From the NCBI GenBank assembly GCA_964452165.1, contig CAYVKP010000001.1:1715-65714 (forward strand): DNA of 64,000 nt. The letters are read 5' to 3'. Below the pieces are notes generated by a model that did not search any database, was not told the DNA's origin, and saw only the letters and a program-made list of their open reading frames with translations. The DNA comes from an uncultured Gammaproteobacteria bacterium (lineage in GTDB: Bacteria; Patescibacteriota; Microgenomatia; Levybacterales; GWA1-39-11). Below, in pieces: positions 8,272 to 18,112 of this stretch. Made by a program: the position numbers and the translations under genes. Within the stretch, counting starts at the first letter, position 1. Every line of letters starts with the position of its first letter.

Positions 8272-8736
8272 TTATCTTGTCTGAGGACACGAAAATTGCA
8301 GAGTTACATCAGTTGCTCGAAAATCTACCAACCGTGTCTCAACACTATAAATCATGTCGGGTGTCATAAAGTCTATCGTAGTATGTCCAGGCTCTCTTCT
8401 TTGACGCAAAATAAGACCATCAACCCCACTGTTATCATATATCTCACCTGGTGGATTAATTGGAAAATGAGAGTTACCCACCTTTATGCCAGGGCCAGTT
8501 TGATCAAACGGAATAGTTTTATGTTCGGGCCTGAGAGTTTTGGGATCCTTACAATTGGCATTTACTCCTAACTCTAGTGGTCCAACTGTTTGTCCTTGGG
8601 AAAGTGAGCTAGAAATAGCTGGTCTAGTGGGAGCTTGTCTATTTTCAGAATTTGCAGATCCACGACAACCCATTAATACTGCTCCTAACGCGGCTGCCCC
8701 GAGCATTCTAACAGGCCACCTCATTCCCTCTAACAT
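8272..8736 (-). CDS. putative lipoprotein, hypothetical
   Basis: Signal peptide with lipobox-like LMGC. No recognisable domain. Confidence 0.6.
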   Translation of the reverse strand: MLEGMRWPVRMLGAAALGAVLMGCRGSANSENRQAPTRPAISSSLSQGQTVGPLELGVNANCKDPKTLRPEHKTIPFDQTGPGIKVGNSHFPINPPGEIYDNSGVDGLILRQRREPGHTTIDFMTPDMIYSVETRLVDFRATDVTLQFSCPQTR

Positions 8737-8763
8737 ACTCTATACTTATAATCCCATTGCCAA

Positions 8764-10548
8764 TTATTCTGCATTTTTCTTTGACTTCTCATGGTGCTGG
8801 GAGGAAAACATTTTTTCTATTTCGGCTAGAGATGTTGCGTCTTCCGGCTTTCTATCATCGCGAAATTTTTCGAGTCTGGGGAAACGCAAGGCATATCCCG
8901 GCACATCTACGTCAAAGGCTGAACCGCTCTTTGAAGCTTTCATAATTCGGCCCGCGGTATGAATTGGTGAACGGGTTATTTCATCCGCCTTTATCTCAAC
9001 GACGATTTCAGGCTCAATCCAAACATCAGGTTCAAGGTTTTTATCGACTAAATAGAGCGGGGGTTTCTCTTTCGCTTTCAATTTATTACCTCTGACAGCC
9101 AGGGTCTTCCATTCTTCATCGGTTAATCCTGTCCCAACACGCGCAATAGTTACATAATGGTCAGACTTTTTATCATAGATCCCGATTAAAAAACCGCCAA
9201 TTCCAAAAGCAGTTCTTTTTCCGCGCCCGTAATAATAACCCATTACAAGACAATCTACTGTGTCATCAAGCGAGGCCGAATAAGAACGCTTAAACTTTAT
9301 CCAATTCCAACCGCGAGCTCCGGCCTGATACGTTCCGTCTAGTTTTTTAGCCAAAATTCCTTCGAGTCCTCGCGATATTGCATCGTCGAAAAAATTCTCA
9401 ATTTTTTTGGGGTCTCCAAAAACCTGTTCTTCCGAAATTAAAACCGTATTACCTTCTTTTATTATTGACGCGAGCAATCTGCGTCTTTCCACGTAGGCTT
9501 TGCCTATCATATTATTGCCATCGAGGAAGAGCAAATCAAACGTAATAAGTTTTAACGGATATTTTTTTGCCATCTCTTCAATCCCATATTTTCTTTTCCT
9601 CTGTGTAGTTATTTGAAATGGCAGATATTCGCCGGTGTCGGGATCATAAGCGATTGCTTCGCCTTCAAATATAGCTTCTTTTACTTTGATTTGACTTTTT
9701 ATTCCCGCAACAACATCGGGGTACATAAAGGTTACGTCTTCAAGATTGCGGGTTATTAGCTTAATTTCTTGACCACGAACATGAGCCTGAAGCCTAAATC
9801 CGTCAAACTTTGGTTCGACTGCACACTCACCAATCTTGTTAATAATCTCCTCACCGCTCGATAATCTTTCTGCCCGCGCCATCAATACCGGAGTAAACGG
9901 AACAGGAGTAGCCTCTGCCAGTCCTTTAACGCCCCTTTCTTTTACGGTTTTTGCAATATATCCAAGGTCCGGACGAATGTTGAATACCGGTTCGATTTCT
10001 TTTCTGTGAGTTTTAGTCCCATCAATCATCCATGAAAGAGAATCAAGAACAGTCATATCTGAAAATCCAAGACGAAGCTTGGCAACCGGGATTCTTGAAA
10101 CGAATCTTGCCGACAACGGATCGAGGCTTTTTAGAAGATCTGAGATTATTGTCATTTTCTTCTCAACCGAGCCGGCCCCGCCGGTCTGTGCTACTTTTTT
10201 AAGAGCATCGAATACCTCCGTGACAGTAACATTTGAAGCTTTTTTTTGTTTTACAGCTAACTTTTCAGCCAAAACTCCCAAGTCTCCAATTTTTTTGTAT
10301 TCGGCCAAAATTTCCTTATCATCAATTGAGTAGGCAAAAGCAAAGGCCTTAAGCATTTGTTTCTCGGCAATTCCAAACTCAAGCGGTTCGTAAAGCGGGA
10401 CTACTCTACCCTGCATCAGGTAAACAATTTTGTCGATATCCTGGGGGTCGGTCTCACGGAATAAATCCGCAAGAAGCTCAATCATAGTATTGCGGGAAGT
10501 TGTGCCCTCAAGCTTTTCTAAATGTTTTGATAGATCCGAAAATTTCAT
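8764..10548 (-). CDS. ATP-dependent DNA ligase (LigB/archaeal-eukaryal type)
   Basis: Adenylation motif I EPKFDGFR, plus EGIL(A)KK and WIKFKR motifs. At 594 aa it has the three-domain length. Confidence 0.9.
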   Translation of the reverse strand: MKFSDLSKHLEKLEGTTSRNTMIELLADLFRETDPQDIDKIVYLMQGRVVPLYEPLEFGIAEKQMLKAFAFAYSIDDKEILAEYKKIGDLGVLAEKLAVKQKKASNVTVTEVFDALKKVAQTGGAGSVEKKMTIISDLLKSLDPLSARFVSRIPVAKLRLGFSDMTVLDSLSWMIDGTKTHRKEIEPVFNIRPDLGYIAKTVKERGVKGLAEATPVPFTPVLMARAERLSSGEEIINKIGECAVEPKFDGFRLQAHVRGQEIKLITRNLEDVTFMYPDVVAGIKSQIKVKEAIFEGEAIAYDPDTGEYLPFQITTQRKRKYGIEEMAKKYPLKLITFDLLFLDGNNMIGKAYVERRRLLASIIKEGNTVLISEEQVFGDPKKIENFFDDAISRGLEGILAKKLDGTYQAGARGWNWIKFKRSYSASLDDTVDCLVMGYYYGRGKRTAFGIGGFLIGIYDKKSDHYVTIARVGTGLTDEEWKTLAVRGNKLKAKEKPPLYLVDKNLEPDVWIEPEIVVEIKADEITRSPIHTAGRIMKASKSGSAFDVDVPGYALRFPRLEKFRDDRKPEDATSLAEIEKMFSSQHHEKSKKNAE

Positions 10549-11586
10549 TTAGCTTTTATCCAGGATGTATTTTACACCTTTTGTCACGCCTTGCTTCTTG
10601 AGCAAGCCCTTTTTGACTAAATCCTGAACCTCGCGAAGAACCGTATCCTCGGAGACCATTGGAAAAAGCGAGTTATATGCGTTGTTTTCTATGTATCCGT
10701 TTGCTTGAATATATTCGATGATCTTAAGTTGTCGCTCTGACAACATTACCGGACCGCCTAATTTCTTTTTTAAATTGTTGTCAATTGAAATATTCTCAAT
10801 CCTATCTTTAATCTTGGATAGTTCTACCGCAAGACACTCCGTAAAATACTCGAGCCACTCTGTCTGGTCACCGTTTTTCTTTTCAACTGACTGCAATGCT
10901 TCATAATATCTTTCAGGATCACGATCAAAATGTTCTTCGATTGAGAAAAACTGACGAATGTCATAACCTAGCTTGTATAAGACGAGCATTGAAAGCGCGC
11001 GCCCTACCCTACCATTTCCATCTAAAAACGGGTGGATTCTGACAAATTCATAGTGAACTATTCCTCCTTTTAAAACCGGGTGAATCTCTGGCTCTTCCTG
11101 AATAAATATCGCAAGTTCTTTCATCTGCCAAGGGACTTCAACGGATTTTGGAGGCTTGAAAGCAACGTCTCCGGTTATTGAATTTCGGATTACGACTTCT
11201 TTCTGGCGATATTTTCCCGACTCCTCGTCCGGCAAAACGTTTTTGACAACTATTTTATGAAGTTCACGTATTGTATCCTCATCTATCTGTTGCCCTGTGT
11301 GGCGATCTATATAATCAATGACTCTGCGATAATTTATAACTTCCTGAACGTCTCGCTCTCTTGCAACGATTCGCTCTCCATCTAGTATTTTTTGGACTTG
11401 AGTTAAAGATAATTCATTTCCTTCAATGTGAGTTCCAAAATGCGTTGTCCTGACCAAAGCTTCATCTTGAAATTTCTTTTCCCAGTAAGGCAGGAGGGGG
11501 GCGTTTTCTATAATTTCTTTTGCCGCTTCAATTGCTCCAATATTCTTGAGAATCTTATTATCGATAGAAAAAGTTGGGGTATACAT
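10549..11586 (-). CDS. Fic family protein (AMPylase-type) with C-terminal wHTH
   Basis: Canonical Fic motif HPFLDGNGRVGR. Confidence 0.9.
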   Translation of the reverse strand: MYTPTFSIDNKILKNIGAIEAAKEIIENAPLLPYWEKKFQDEALVRTTHFGTHIEGNELSLTQVQKILDGERIVARERDVQEVINYRRVIDYIDRHTGQQIDEDTIRELHKIVVKNVLPDEESGKYRQKEVVIRNSITGDVAFKPPKSVEVPWQMKELAIFIQEEPEIHPVLKGGIVHYEFVRIHPFLDGNGRVGRALSMLVLYKLGYDIRQFFSIEEHFDRDPERYYEALQSVEKKNGDQTEWLEYFTECLAVELSKIKDRIENISIDNNLKKKLGGPVMLSERQLKIIEYIQANGYIENNAYNSLFPMVSEDTVLREVQDLVKKGLLKKQGVTKGVKYILDKS

Positions 11587-11634
11587 TAAGATCTTAAAAC
11601 TCAGATATTGGATGTCAGATTTGAATTATGACAT

Positions 11635-12018
11635 TTGAGTTCTGAGTTATTAAATAGTATTATATCAGCTATGGCAACCGAATCTGAGGGAAAGCTTGAT
11701 GAAGTAGACGTTGAGGTCCTCAGGGAAATTCTTGATCTGGCAAAGACGGGAATTAAGGCAAAAAAAGAGAGCAAAGAGGAAAGACTTCATGTTGAGGTGG
11801 TAAGACAAATGCTGACTTTGGCAACTTCCGGTTTTGGACTCGTTGCGGCACTCGCCTGGAATAGCCTAATTCAAGAAATTGTTAGTAGCTACGTTAAAAG
11901 AAATCTTCCCGGGGGTAATGCAGGCGTCATATCACTTATTATCTATGCTGTTGTCGTCACAGCAATAGCGGTCTTTGTGACATTTCAGCTCTCAAAACTT
12001 CTCAAGAAGCTTTCGTAA
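11635..12018 (+). CDS. small membrane protein, hypothetical
   Basis: 127-aa ORF (TTG start, or ATG at MATESEG) with two TM helices and an AALAWN motif. Confidence 0.55.
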   Translation: MSSELLNSIISAMATESEGKLDEVDVEVLREILDLAKTGIKAKKESKEERLHVEVVRQMLTLATSGFGLVAALAWNSLIQEIVSSYVKRNLPGGNAGVISLIIYAVVVTAIAVFVTFQLSKLLKKLS

Positions 12019-13067
12019 TGATTTTAAAAAAGCTAAAGCTAACAAACTTTAGAAATCATAAGGCTGCCCAATTTAATCTCGCACTTACTACTGTCATTAT
12101 TGGCAAAAATACGGCGGGCAAAACCAACATCCTTGAGTCGATTTATATCTTGTCCGCAGGAAAGTCATTTCGCGCTCAGAAGGATCTTGACACAATCCGT
12201 GAGGAAACAGATTTTTGCAATATTGAAGCTCAAGTTGAAGACGAAGATGAAAAGATAGATCTTAAAGTAATTTTCTCTCTGCAAAAAGGCTACTTATCAA
12301 AAAGGTTTTTGGTAAATAACGTACCCCGCCGTCAACACGATTTTGCATCAAATTTTGTCTCCGTTCTTTTTACTCCAAAAGATATTGAAATAATGACTGA
12401 TTCACCTGGAGTAAGACGCCGTTATATTGATTCTGTTTTGTATCAGTCTAACAAAAACTATCGAATTGCCCTTTCCACTTACGAACGGGCGCTAAAGCAC
12501 AGAAACAGAATGCTTTATGACATTCGAGAGGGCAAAAAACAATATGCCCGCCATGATTTTGAATACTTTGAAAACATATTAATCGAGCAGGGAAATATTT
12601 TGACCCAAAAGCGCGAGGAATTTGTAGATTTTGTGAATGAGTCAAACAAGGATATCTTCAAGTTCACTCTTTTTTATGACAAAAGCCTTATGTCTACGGA
12701 GCGCCTCTTCAAATATCATTTTGAAGAACAGGCGGCGGGTGTCACTTTGGTTGGCCCGCAAAGAGATGATTTTGCTTTTTACTTTGAAGGGACACAAAAA
12801 CCCGTTCGCGAATTTGGGTCAAGAGGAGAAGAACGCTTGACAATTTTACAACTTAAAACGCTTGAGATAGAGTTTCTTCGAACGAAAACCGGAAAGAATC
12901 CCGTACTCTTACTCGATGATATTTTCTCAGAGCTTGATGATGCAAATATCTTTAAGGTTTTTGAACTTTTGCCTAATCAGCAGACAATTTTGACAACAAC
13001 TCACCACGAATTCGTCCCCAAAAAGATTTTGAACCGAACAGACGTTGAAATTATCGAATTAAAGTAG
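12018..13067 (+). CDS. recF: DNA replication and repair protein RecF
   Basis: N-terminus LKLTNFRNH...IIGKNTAGKTNILESI (Walker A) and C-terminal LLLDDIFSELD (Walker B/D-loop). Confidence 0.9.
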   Translation: MILKKLKLTNFRNHKAAQFNLALTTVIIGKNTAGKTNILESIYILSAGKSFRAQKDLDTIREETDFCNIEAQVEDEDEKIDLKVIFSLQKGYLSKRFLVNNVPRRQHDFASNFVSVLFTPKDIEIMTDSPGVRRRYIDSVLYQSNKNYRIALSTYERALKHRNRMLYDIREGKKQYARHDFEYFENILIEQGNILTQKREEFVDFVNESNKDIFKFTLFYDKSLMSTERLFKYHFEEQAAGVTLVGPQRDDFAFYFEGTQKPVREFGSRGEERLTILQLKTLEIEFLRTKTGKNPVLLLDDIFSELDDANIFKVFELLPNQQTILTTTHHEFVPKKILNRTDVEIIELK

Positions 13068-13874
13068 CTCTTTCATCATTTGAGGGATTTCGTTGGCAAG
13101 GTCTGAGGCGTTAAAGAAAATTCCAACACGCAGCTCCAAAGATTCTCCGGCTTTTTTATTTATATATGAGGCGGCACACGCCGATAAAAAGGCTTCGTTT
13201 TTGCAGTAAAAACTTGCAACAAGTCCGGCCAGGACGTCTCCTGTCCCACCTTTTGTCATTCCCGGATTTCCTCCCGGAATCTTGACAGATTGCTCAGGGG
13301 AAATAACAATATCCTCTTTACCTTTTAACAAAATTGTCATCCCGTATTTTCTCGCCATTTCAGTTACGTTTTCCGCAGTTGCCGGCACTTGAAATAGAGT
13401 TTCAAATTCCTTTTTATGAGGCGTTATTATAGTTTTTTTTGGAAGAACACTGGGCACTATTACCTGCAAAGACCCTCCATCTACAACCCACTTCTTATCC
13501 GGATATTTTTTAAAAAGTTTTTCTGTTAGTGCTTTTGTGTCATCGTCTCCCTCTTCTTTTCCTTCAGTCCTTGGAAGTCCTGGACCAATTAATATAACGT
13601 CTGCTTCATTAATGTAGTTATCTATTTTGCTACGAGGGACTACTATTCCATTTCTGAATTCGTCTTTTGCGACACTAACTAACTTATTATTCTCTTCAAC
13701 CGAGGAATAAAAAACCATATCCACAATCCTTGAAGCTATTGAAAGTGGCCAAAGAGACGCTGCGTGGAAAAGCTTACTGCCTGCAATAATCATAAGCTTG
13801 CCATTTTCGCCCTTATGAGACTCTGGTGCGGGTTTATATAAATTTTTAAGAATTTCTGCGTTGAATTCTTGCAT
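13059..13874 (-). CDS. ADP-dependent NAD(P)H-hydrate dehydratase (YjeF C-terminal type)
   Basis: HKGENGKLMIIAGS... and the GGTGDVLAG motif. Confidence 0.85.
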   Translation of the reverse strand: MQEFNAEILKNLYKPAPESHKGENGKLMIIAGSKLFHAASLWPLSIASRIVDMVFYSSVEENNKLVSVAKDEFRNGIVVPRSKIDNYINEADVILIGPGLPRTEGKEEGDDDTKALTEKLFKKYPDKKWVVDGGSLQVIVPSVLPKKTIITPHKKEFETLFQVPATAENVTEMARKYGMTILLKGKEDIVISPEQSVKIPGGNPGMTKGGTGDVLAGLVASFYCKNEAFLSACAASYINKKAGESLELRVGIFFNASDLANEIPQMMKELL

Positions 13875-14018
13875 TTGAGGAGATTATACAAAGTTTAATA
13901 GCAAATTCCAATTTCCAAGCACCAAGTTCCAAACAATATCCAATGTTTTAAATTTTAGAAATTAAATACTTAGAATTTATTTGGATCTTGGGATTTGATA
14001 TTTGGAATTTTAGAGAGG

Positions 14019-14720
14019 TTAGCCTTCGATGGTTGTTCCTACAAATTCACGGCCTTCAAAATAGTTTTCAAGGTTTTCAAGATTACCTCCCTTAACAATT
14101 ACTACCTTAAGACCAAGTTCTTGTGCTTTCTTTGAGGCAATTGGATCATAAGGCATATTGAGTCCCGGAGTCCAGGTATCTCCAACTATTTTTCTGAATT
14201 CTTCCCAATTGATATTTTTTATTGGCTTTGCATCGGGATTGGTCTTGGGATCTGAATCATATGCCATTTCAATATTGCTCATATTAACAACTGTTTTGAC
14301 ATGGTAATCCTCGCACACCATTGCCGCGCAGAAATCGGTAGACCAGCCGGGCTTCCAACCTGAGGCAATGATAACAGGCTCGGTTACTTTTCTGATTATT
14401 TCATAGTGCTTGAGAATGTAGGGGTGGGCGATATCGCGGAAAATGGTACGGACAAGCTGCGCATTAAGACGTGTTGCGTGAATTCCAAGCCAATCAAGAT
14501 CCTCGGGGACAATATTTCCATCGACCACTTCTCTTGCTGCTTTCTGATAGTCTCTAGTTGTGGCGCCGCCACCTGCGACAATAAAAAATTGGAGATTTTT
14601 GTTTTCTGAAAGTTCCCTTCTTATAAAATCACTGAAGCGTTTGAGAAAGTCGACATCAATTCCTGTTTGCGGAACAATTAGCGAACCCCCAAGTGATATT
14701 ACTACTCTTTCTCGTTGCAT
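14019..14720 (-). CDS. pyrH: UMP kinase, archaeal-type
   Basis: About 230-aa amino-acid-kinase fold: VVISLGGS...VAGGG...GW.PGWSTD...GTTIEG. It is colinear with archaeal PyrH. Confidence 0.85.
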   Translation of the reverse strand: MQRERVVISLGGSLIVPQTGIDVDFLKRFSDFIRRELSENKNLQFFIVAGGGATTRDYQKAAREVVDGNIVPEDLDWLGIHATRLNAQLVRTIFRDIAHPYILKHYEIIRKVTEPVIIASGWKPGWSTDFCAAMVCEDYHVKTVVNMSNIEMAYDSDPKTNPDAKPIKNINWEEFRKIVGDTWTPGLNMPYDPIASKKAQELGLKVVIVKGGNLENLENYFEGREFVGTTIEG

Positions 14721-14860
14721 GCGTAAATCCTTATAAAAAAGGCAGACATGTTGCCCGCCATTTCTTATTCATTTAAGATACCAAAAAATACGCCTAAATG
14801 CAAGTTTGCGCTCTCTTTCCAATCTTGACAACAATTGGCATTTAACCTAATATATTAACC

Positions 14861-15643
14861 ATGCCGACGCGTACAACAAAAACCTCTTCTGCCTCCAAAG
14901 AAAATTTAATTGACAAAGCATCTACTATGCAGGCTCCTCAATTTACTTATTTCTTGCTTCTTATCGTTGTCTTTGTTCTTGGATATTTTGTTGCCCGCGT
15001 TCAATTTTTTGAAAAAGGTAATGGCGGAACTACTCCAACAACCGCACCTTCTGGGCAAGCTGCTGCGCCACAAGCACCATCTGTTCCTGATCCAAAAGAT
15101 GTTTTGAAGAAGATTACCAACGGCCATTTTCCAGTTAAGGGAAACTCCAACGCCAAAGTTAAGATTGTAGAATTTGCAGACTTCCGCTGCCCATTCTGTG
15201 AAAGATTCTTCACTGATACTGAGGGACAATTGATAAAAGATTACGTTGATACAGGAAAAGTAGCCTTTATTTTCAGGCAGTATGAATTCCTTGGTGCAGC
15301 ATCTGTCGTTGCCGGAAACGCAGCCGAATGTGCAAACGAGCAAGGAAAATTCTGGGAATACCACGACTGGCTTTACAAAAACCAGCCTGATGAAAGCGAT
15401 ACCTCAATGTTCAACACGGATTCCATGACTACCGCCGCAGTCTCTCTTGGAATGAACGGTGATCAATTTAGAAGCTGTCTTTCAGCAAATAAATACAATG
15501 CCAACCTCCAAAAAGATTTATCAGAAGGACAAAGCATTGGAGTCTCCGGAACACCAACTTTCTATGTTAACGGTCAACAATTAGTTGGAGCACAACCATA
15601 CACAGCCTTCAAAGCAATAATAGACACAGAGCTCAAGAAATAA
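14861..15643 (+). CDS. DsbA-family thiol:disulfide oxidoreductase, membrane-anchored
   Basis: N-terminal TM anchor, thioredoxin-fold CPFC active site, GTPTFYVNG. Confidence 0.85.
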   Translation: MPTRTTKTSSASKENLIDKASTMQAPQFTYFLLLIVVFVLGYFVARVQFFEKGNGGTTPTTAPSGQAAAPQAPSVPDPKDVLKKITNGHFPVKGNSNAKVKIVEFADFRCPFCERFFTDTEGQLIKDYVDTGKVAFIFRQYEFLGAASVVAGNAAECANEQGKFWEYHDWLYKNQPDESDTSMFNTDSMTTAAVSLGMNGDQFRSCLSANKYNANLQKDLSEGQSIGVSGTPTFYVNGQQLVGAQPYTAFKAIIDTELKK

Positions 15644-15733
15644 TTCCTCCGGAAACAATTTACAAGGTTAACCAATTGACAAATTGACTCGTAAAAAACG
15701 TTATTTTGTTAATTTGTTGTTTTCGTTAATTTG

Positions 15734-16600
15734 TTAGTGCTGGCAACTCTCGCAGAAGAAGGTTCCGCGGCCTCCAAGATAGACTTTCTGAATCACTCCA
15801 CCATCAGCGCGTGAGCAGGGTTTCCCTTTTCTACCGTAAACTAAAAAATGTTTTTGATATTCTCCAAGCTGTCCCAAAACGTCTACAAAGTTAAGCTCTG
15901 AAGATCCACGATATTTCATTGCCTTTTCAAGTACTTTCAGGATTGAATCGAACAATGTTTTGATTTCGGTCGAACTCAAACTCTTAGCTCGGCGCCTCGG
16001 GTCAATGTGGGCATCAAAACACCCATCATTTGCGTAAATATTTCCTATTCCGCCAATCTTCTTCTGATCCATCAGTAGAACTTTAATTGGTAGGTTGGAC
16101 TTCTTAACTATTGCCGCAAACAAGGGTAGCGTTAACAAAGGCGTTCCGGATCCGGGAGACGGAATCGGCTCAGGGCCAAGCTCTTTAAAGAATGGTAGCG
16201 TCTTCAAGTCTGATGTTTTTAAAATCTTCATCCACGCAAAACCCCTGACTTCTTGAAAATAAAGCTTCGAACTTCCATTCAAGTGAAGTGTAACTCTCGT
16301 AAATTTATTGGGAACTTTTGCGGGCACTGGCTTCATAACTTCAAGATCTCGATTAAGACTATCACGAAAAATTAGTTGTCCGGTAAGCTTTATATGAAAG
16401 GCGATCGAATACGAATTTGATAGATCAATGACGATCCCTTTTGCATAGCGACGAATATCTTTTACTTTTGCGCCGGCTATTGAATCTGGATCTCCCGTCA
16501 GAAGCTTCTTGTCTATTACCTCAACGCTCTCAATTGTCTTTCCAACAACGTATTTTTGAAGACCTAATTTAAGTGTTTCAACTTCTGGAAGTTCCGGCAT
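15734..16600 (-). CDS. mutM: formamidopyrimidine-DNA glycosylase
   Basis: N-terminal MPELPEVE, an H2TH region, and a C-terminal zinc finger C-x..-C...CESCQ. Confidence 0.9.
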   Translation of the reverse strand: MPELPEVETLKLGLQKYVVGKTIESVEVIDKKLLTGDPDSIAGAKVKDIRRYAKGIVIDLSNSYSIAFHIKLTGQLIFRDSLNRDLEVMKPVPAKVPNKFTRVTLHLNGSSKLYFQEVRGFAWMKILKTSDLKTLPFFKELGPEPIPSPGSGTPLLTLPLFAAIVKKSNLPIKVLLMDQKKIGGIGNIYANDGCFDAHIDPRRRAKSLSSTEIKTLFDSILKVLEKAMKYRGSSELNFVDVLGQLGEYQKHFLVYGRKGKPCSRADGGVIQKVYLGGRGTFFCESCQH

Positions 16601-16601
16601 A

Positions 16602-17012
16602 CTAAATCCAACCTAACTCTTTGAAAATCTTTTTAGACGGGCGAGTCAAGGCAAGATTCTTGAGTTCGCTTCTGTCAAACCATTTTATTTCGACTATATC
16701 GTCTCCCGGAACTGCCCTATTTGTTGTAGAGATAACCTTAAAGATAAGAAAAACATAATGAACCATTTCTCCATGACTATTTGACTCGTTATCTTCATCA
16801 AAACCAAGTCTTTCAATCTCCTTAACTTCCAAACCGGTTTCTTCTTTAATCTCCCGTGTAACACCTTCTATTAAAGTCTCCGATTCAAGATTCACTCCCC
16901 CACCGGGCATATGCCACGTATCCGGATACGGACCTTTTCCCGGAGCTTTTCTACCCATTAAAATCTTCCCATCGTGTTCAATTAAAGCTCCTACTACGAC
17001 TCTGTATTTCAT
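16602..17012 (-). CDS. NUDIX hydrolase
   Basis: Nudix box GGGVNLESETLIEGVTREIKEETG. Confidence 0.85.
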   Translation of the reverse strand: MKYRVVVGALIEHDGKILMGRKAPGKGPYPDTWHMPGGGVNLESETLIEGVTREIKEETGLEVKEIERLGFDEDNESNSHGEMVHYVFLIFKVISTTNRAVPGDDIVEIKWFDRSELKNLALTRPSKKIFKELGWI

Positions 17013-18112
17013 TTTGCTATTTTTGTGACGAATTCTTTTATCTTCTTATCAAAAATCTCCGAACTGAACTTTTGGGCTTGATGGCGACACACTTCCGAAC
17101 TGAACTTGGATGCTTCGAACTTTTTGATAGCTGAATTTAAACTTTCCGGAGTATTCTCATCAAAAAATATTCCGGTTTTTCCATCAACCACAGTCTCTTT
17201 TACTCCCCCAGACTTGTAGGCAATAACGGGCGTGCCCACAGCTTGCGCTTCAACCGGAGTTATTCCAAAATCCTCATCAAATGAAGCAAAAACGTAAGCC
17301 TTTGCTTCTGTCATTAAGCGCGATCGCGCATCATCTGTCACTTCTCCCACAAATTCAATATTGGATTTTGCAATTTTTCGCAACTCCTCATCAAATCCGG
17401 CGAATCCTTTACCAAAAATCTTAAGTTTTTTTCCGTTTTCATTAAAGGCCTTGATAATAATATCCGTTCCTTTAGCACGAGCAAGTCTTCCACCCGTCAG
17501 ATAGTAATTCTGCTTTTTAACTTTCGTAGGACTTTCTGGAATATCGACCGGGGGATTAATAACAACTGCATCTTTTCTATAAAACTTTTGAATTCTAGCT
17601 TTAATCTCTTCTGAATTTGCAATAAAGTAATCAACATTCTCAGAAGCTTTAAAATCTAAAAGTCTTAAGAAGTGGTTTGTGATTGTTCCAAAAAAATTCA
17701 TGAGGTGGTCTTTTTTCCACTCACGCGCTGTCATATAACCGTATAAATATCTTGGCGGCGTGTGAGTGTAGCAAATAAGTTTTGTCTTTGGTCCTTTCTG
17801 TGTTAGATTCGGGAAATACGCTCCGGTTTGCGAAACAATAATTACATCAAAATCATCTAGAACAAAGCTCCAAAAAGCAAAAGGCGAGAGCAATCGGAAG
17901 ACAGAAATCAATTTCTCGCGATATGGAATTAAATTGAGAAATGAGGCGCGAACATTCATTTTTACAAAGCTTGCTCCGTGGGGACCAAGAAATTCAGGTG
18001 CGAAAATTGAAGTGAAAATGGGCGCCTCAGGAAACAACTCATGGAGCTCCTCCAAGACCCTCTCTGCTCCACCGTATTCTTTTATATAATCGTGAACAAT
18101 AGCTATTTTCAT
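17009..18112 (-). CDS. glycosyltransferase family 4 (GT-B)
   Basis: C-terminal EDFGITPVEAQAVGTPVIA motif typical of GT4/GT1 enzymes. Confidence 0.85.
   Translation of the reverse strand: MKIAIVHDYIKEYGGAERVLEELHELFPEAPIFTSIFAPEFLGPHGASFVKMNVRASFLNLIPYREKLISVFRLLSPFAFWSFVLDDFDVIIVSQTGAYFPNLTQKGPKTKLICYTHTPPRYLYGYMTAREWKKDHLMNFFGTITNHFLRLLDFKASENVDYFIANSEEIKARIQKFYRKDAVVINPPVDIPESPTKVKKQNYYLTGGRLARAKGTDIIIKAFNENGKKLKIFGKGFAGFDEELRKIAKSNIEFVGEVTDDARSRLMTEAKAYVFASFDEDFGITPVEAQAVGTPVIAYKSGGVKETVVDGKTGIFFDENTPESLNSAIKKFEASKFSSEVCRHQAQKFSSEIFDKKIKEFVTKIAK

Noticed and set aside
13900-14015. Imperfect inverted repeat AAATTCCAA...CCAAG / CTTGG...TTGGAATTT between pyrH and the NAD(P)HX dehydratase gene
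   Set aside because: The arms are AT-rich and imperfect, with large internal mismatches. It is probably just a terminator/promoter spacer, and there is no support for a distinct RNA gene.
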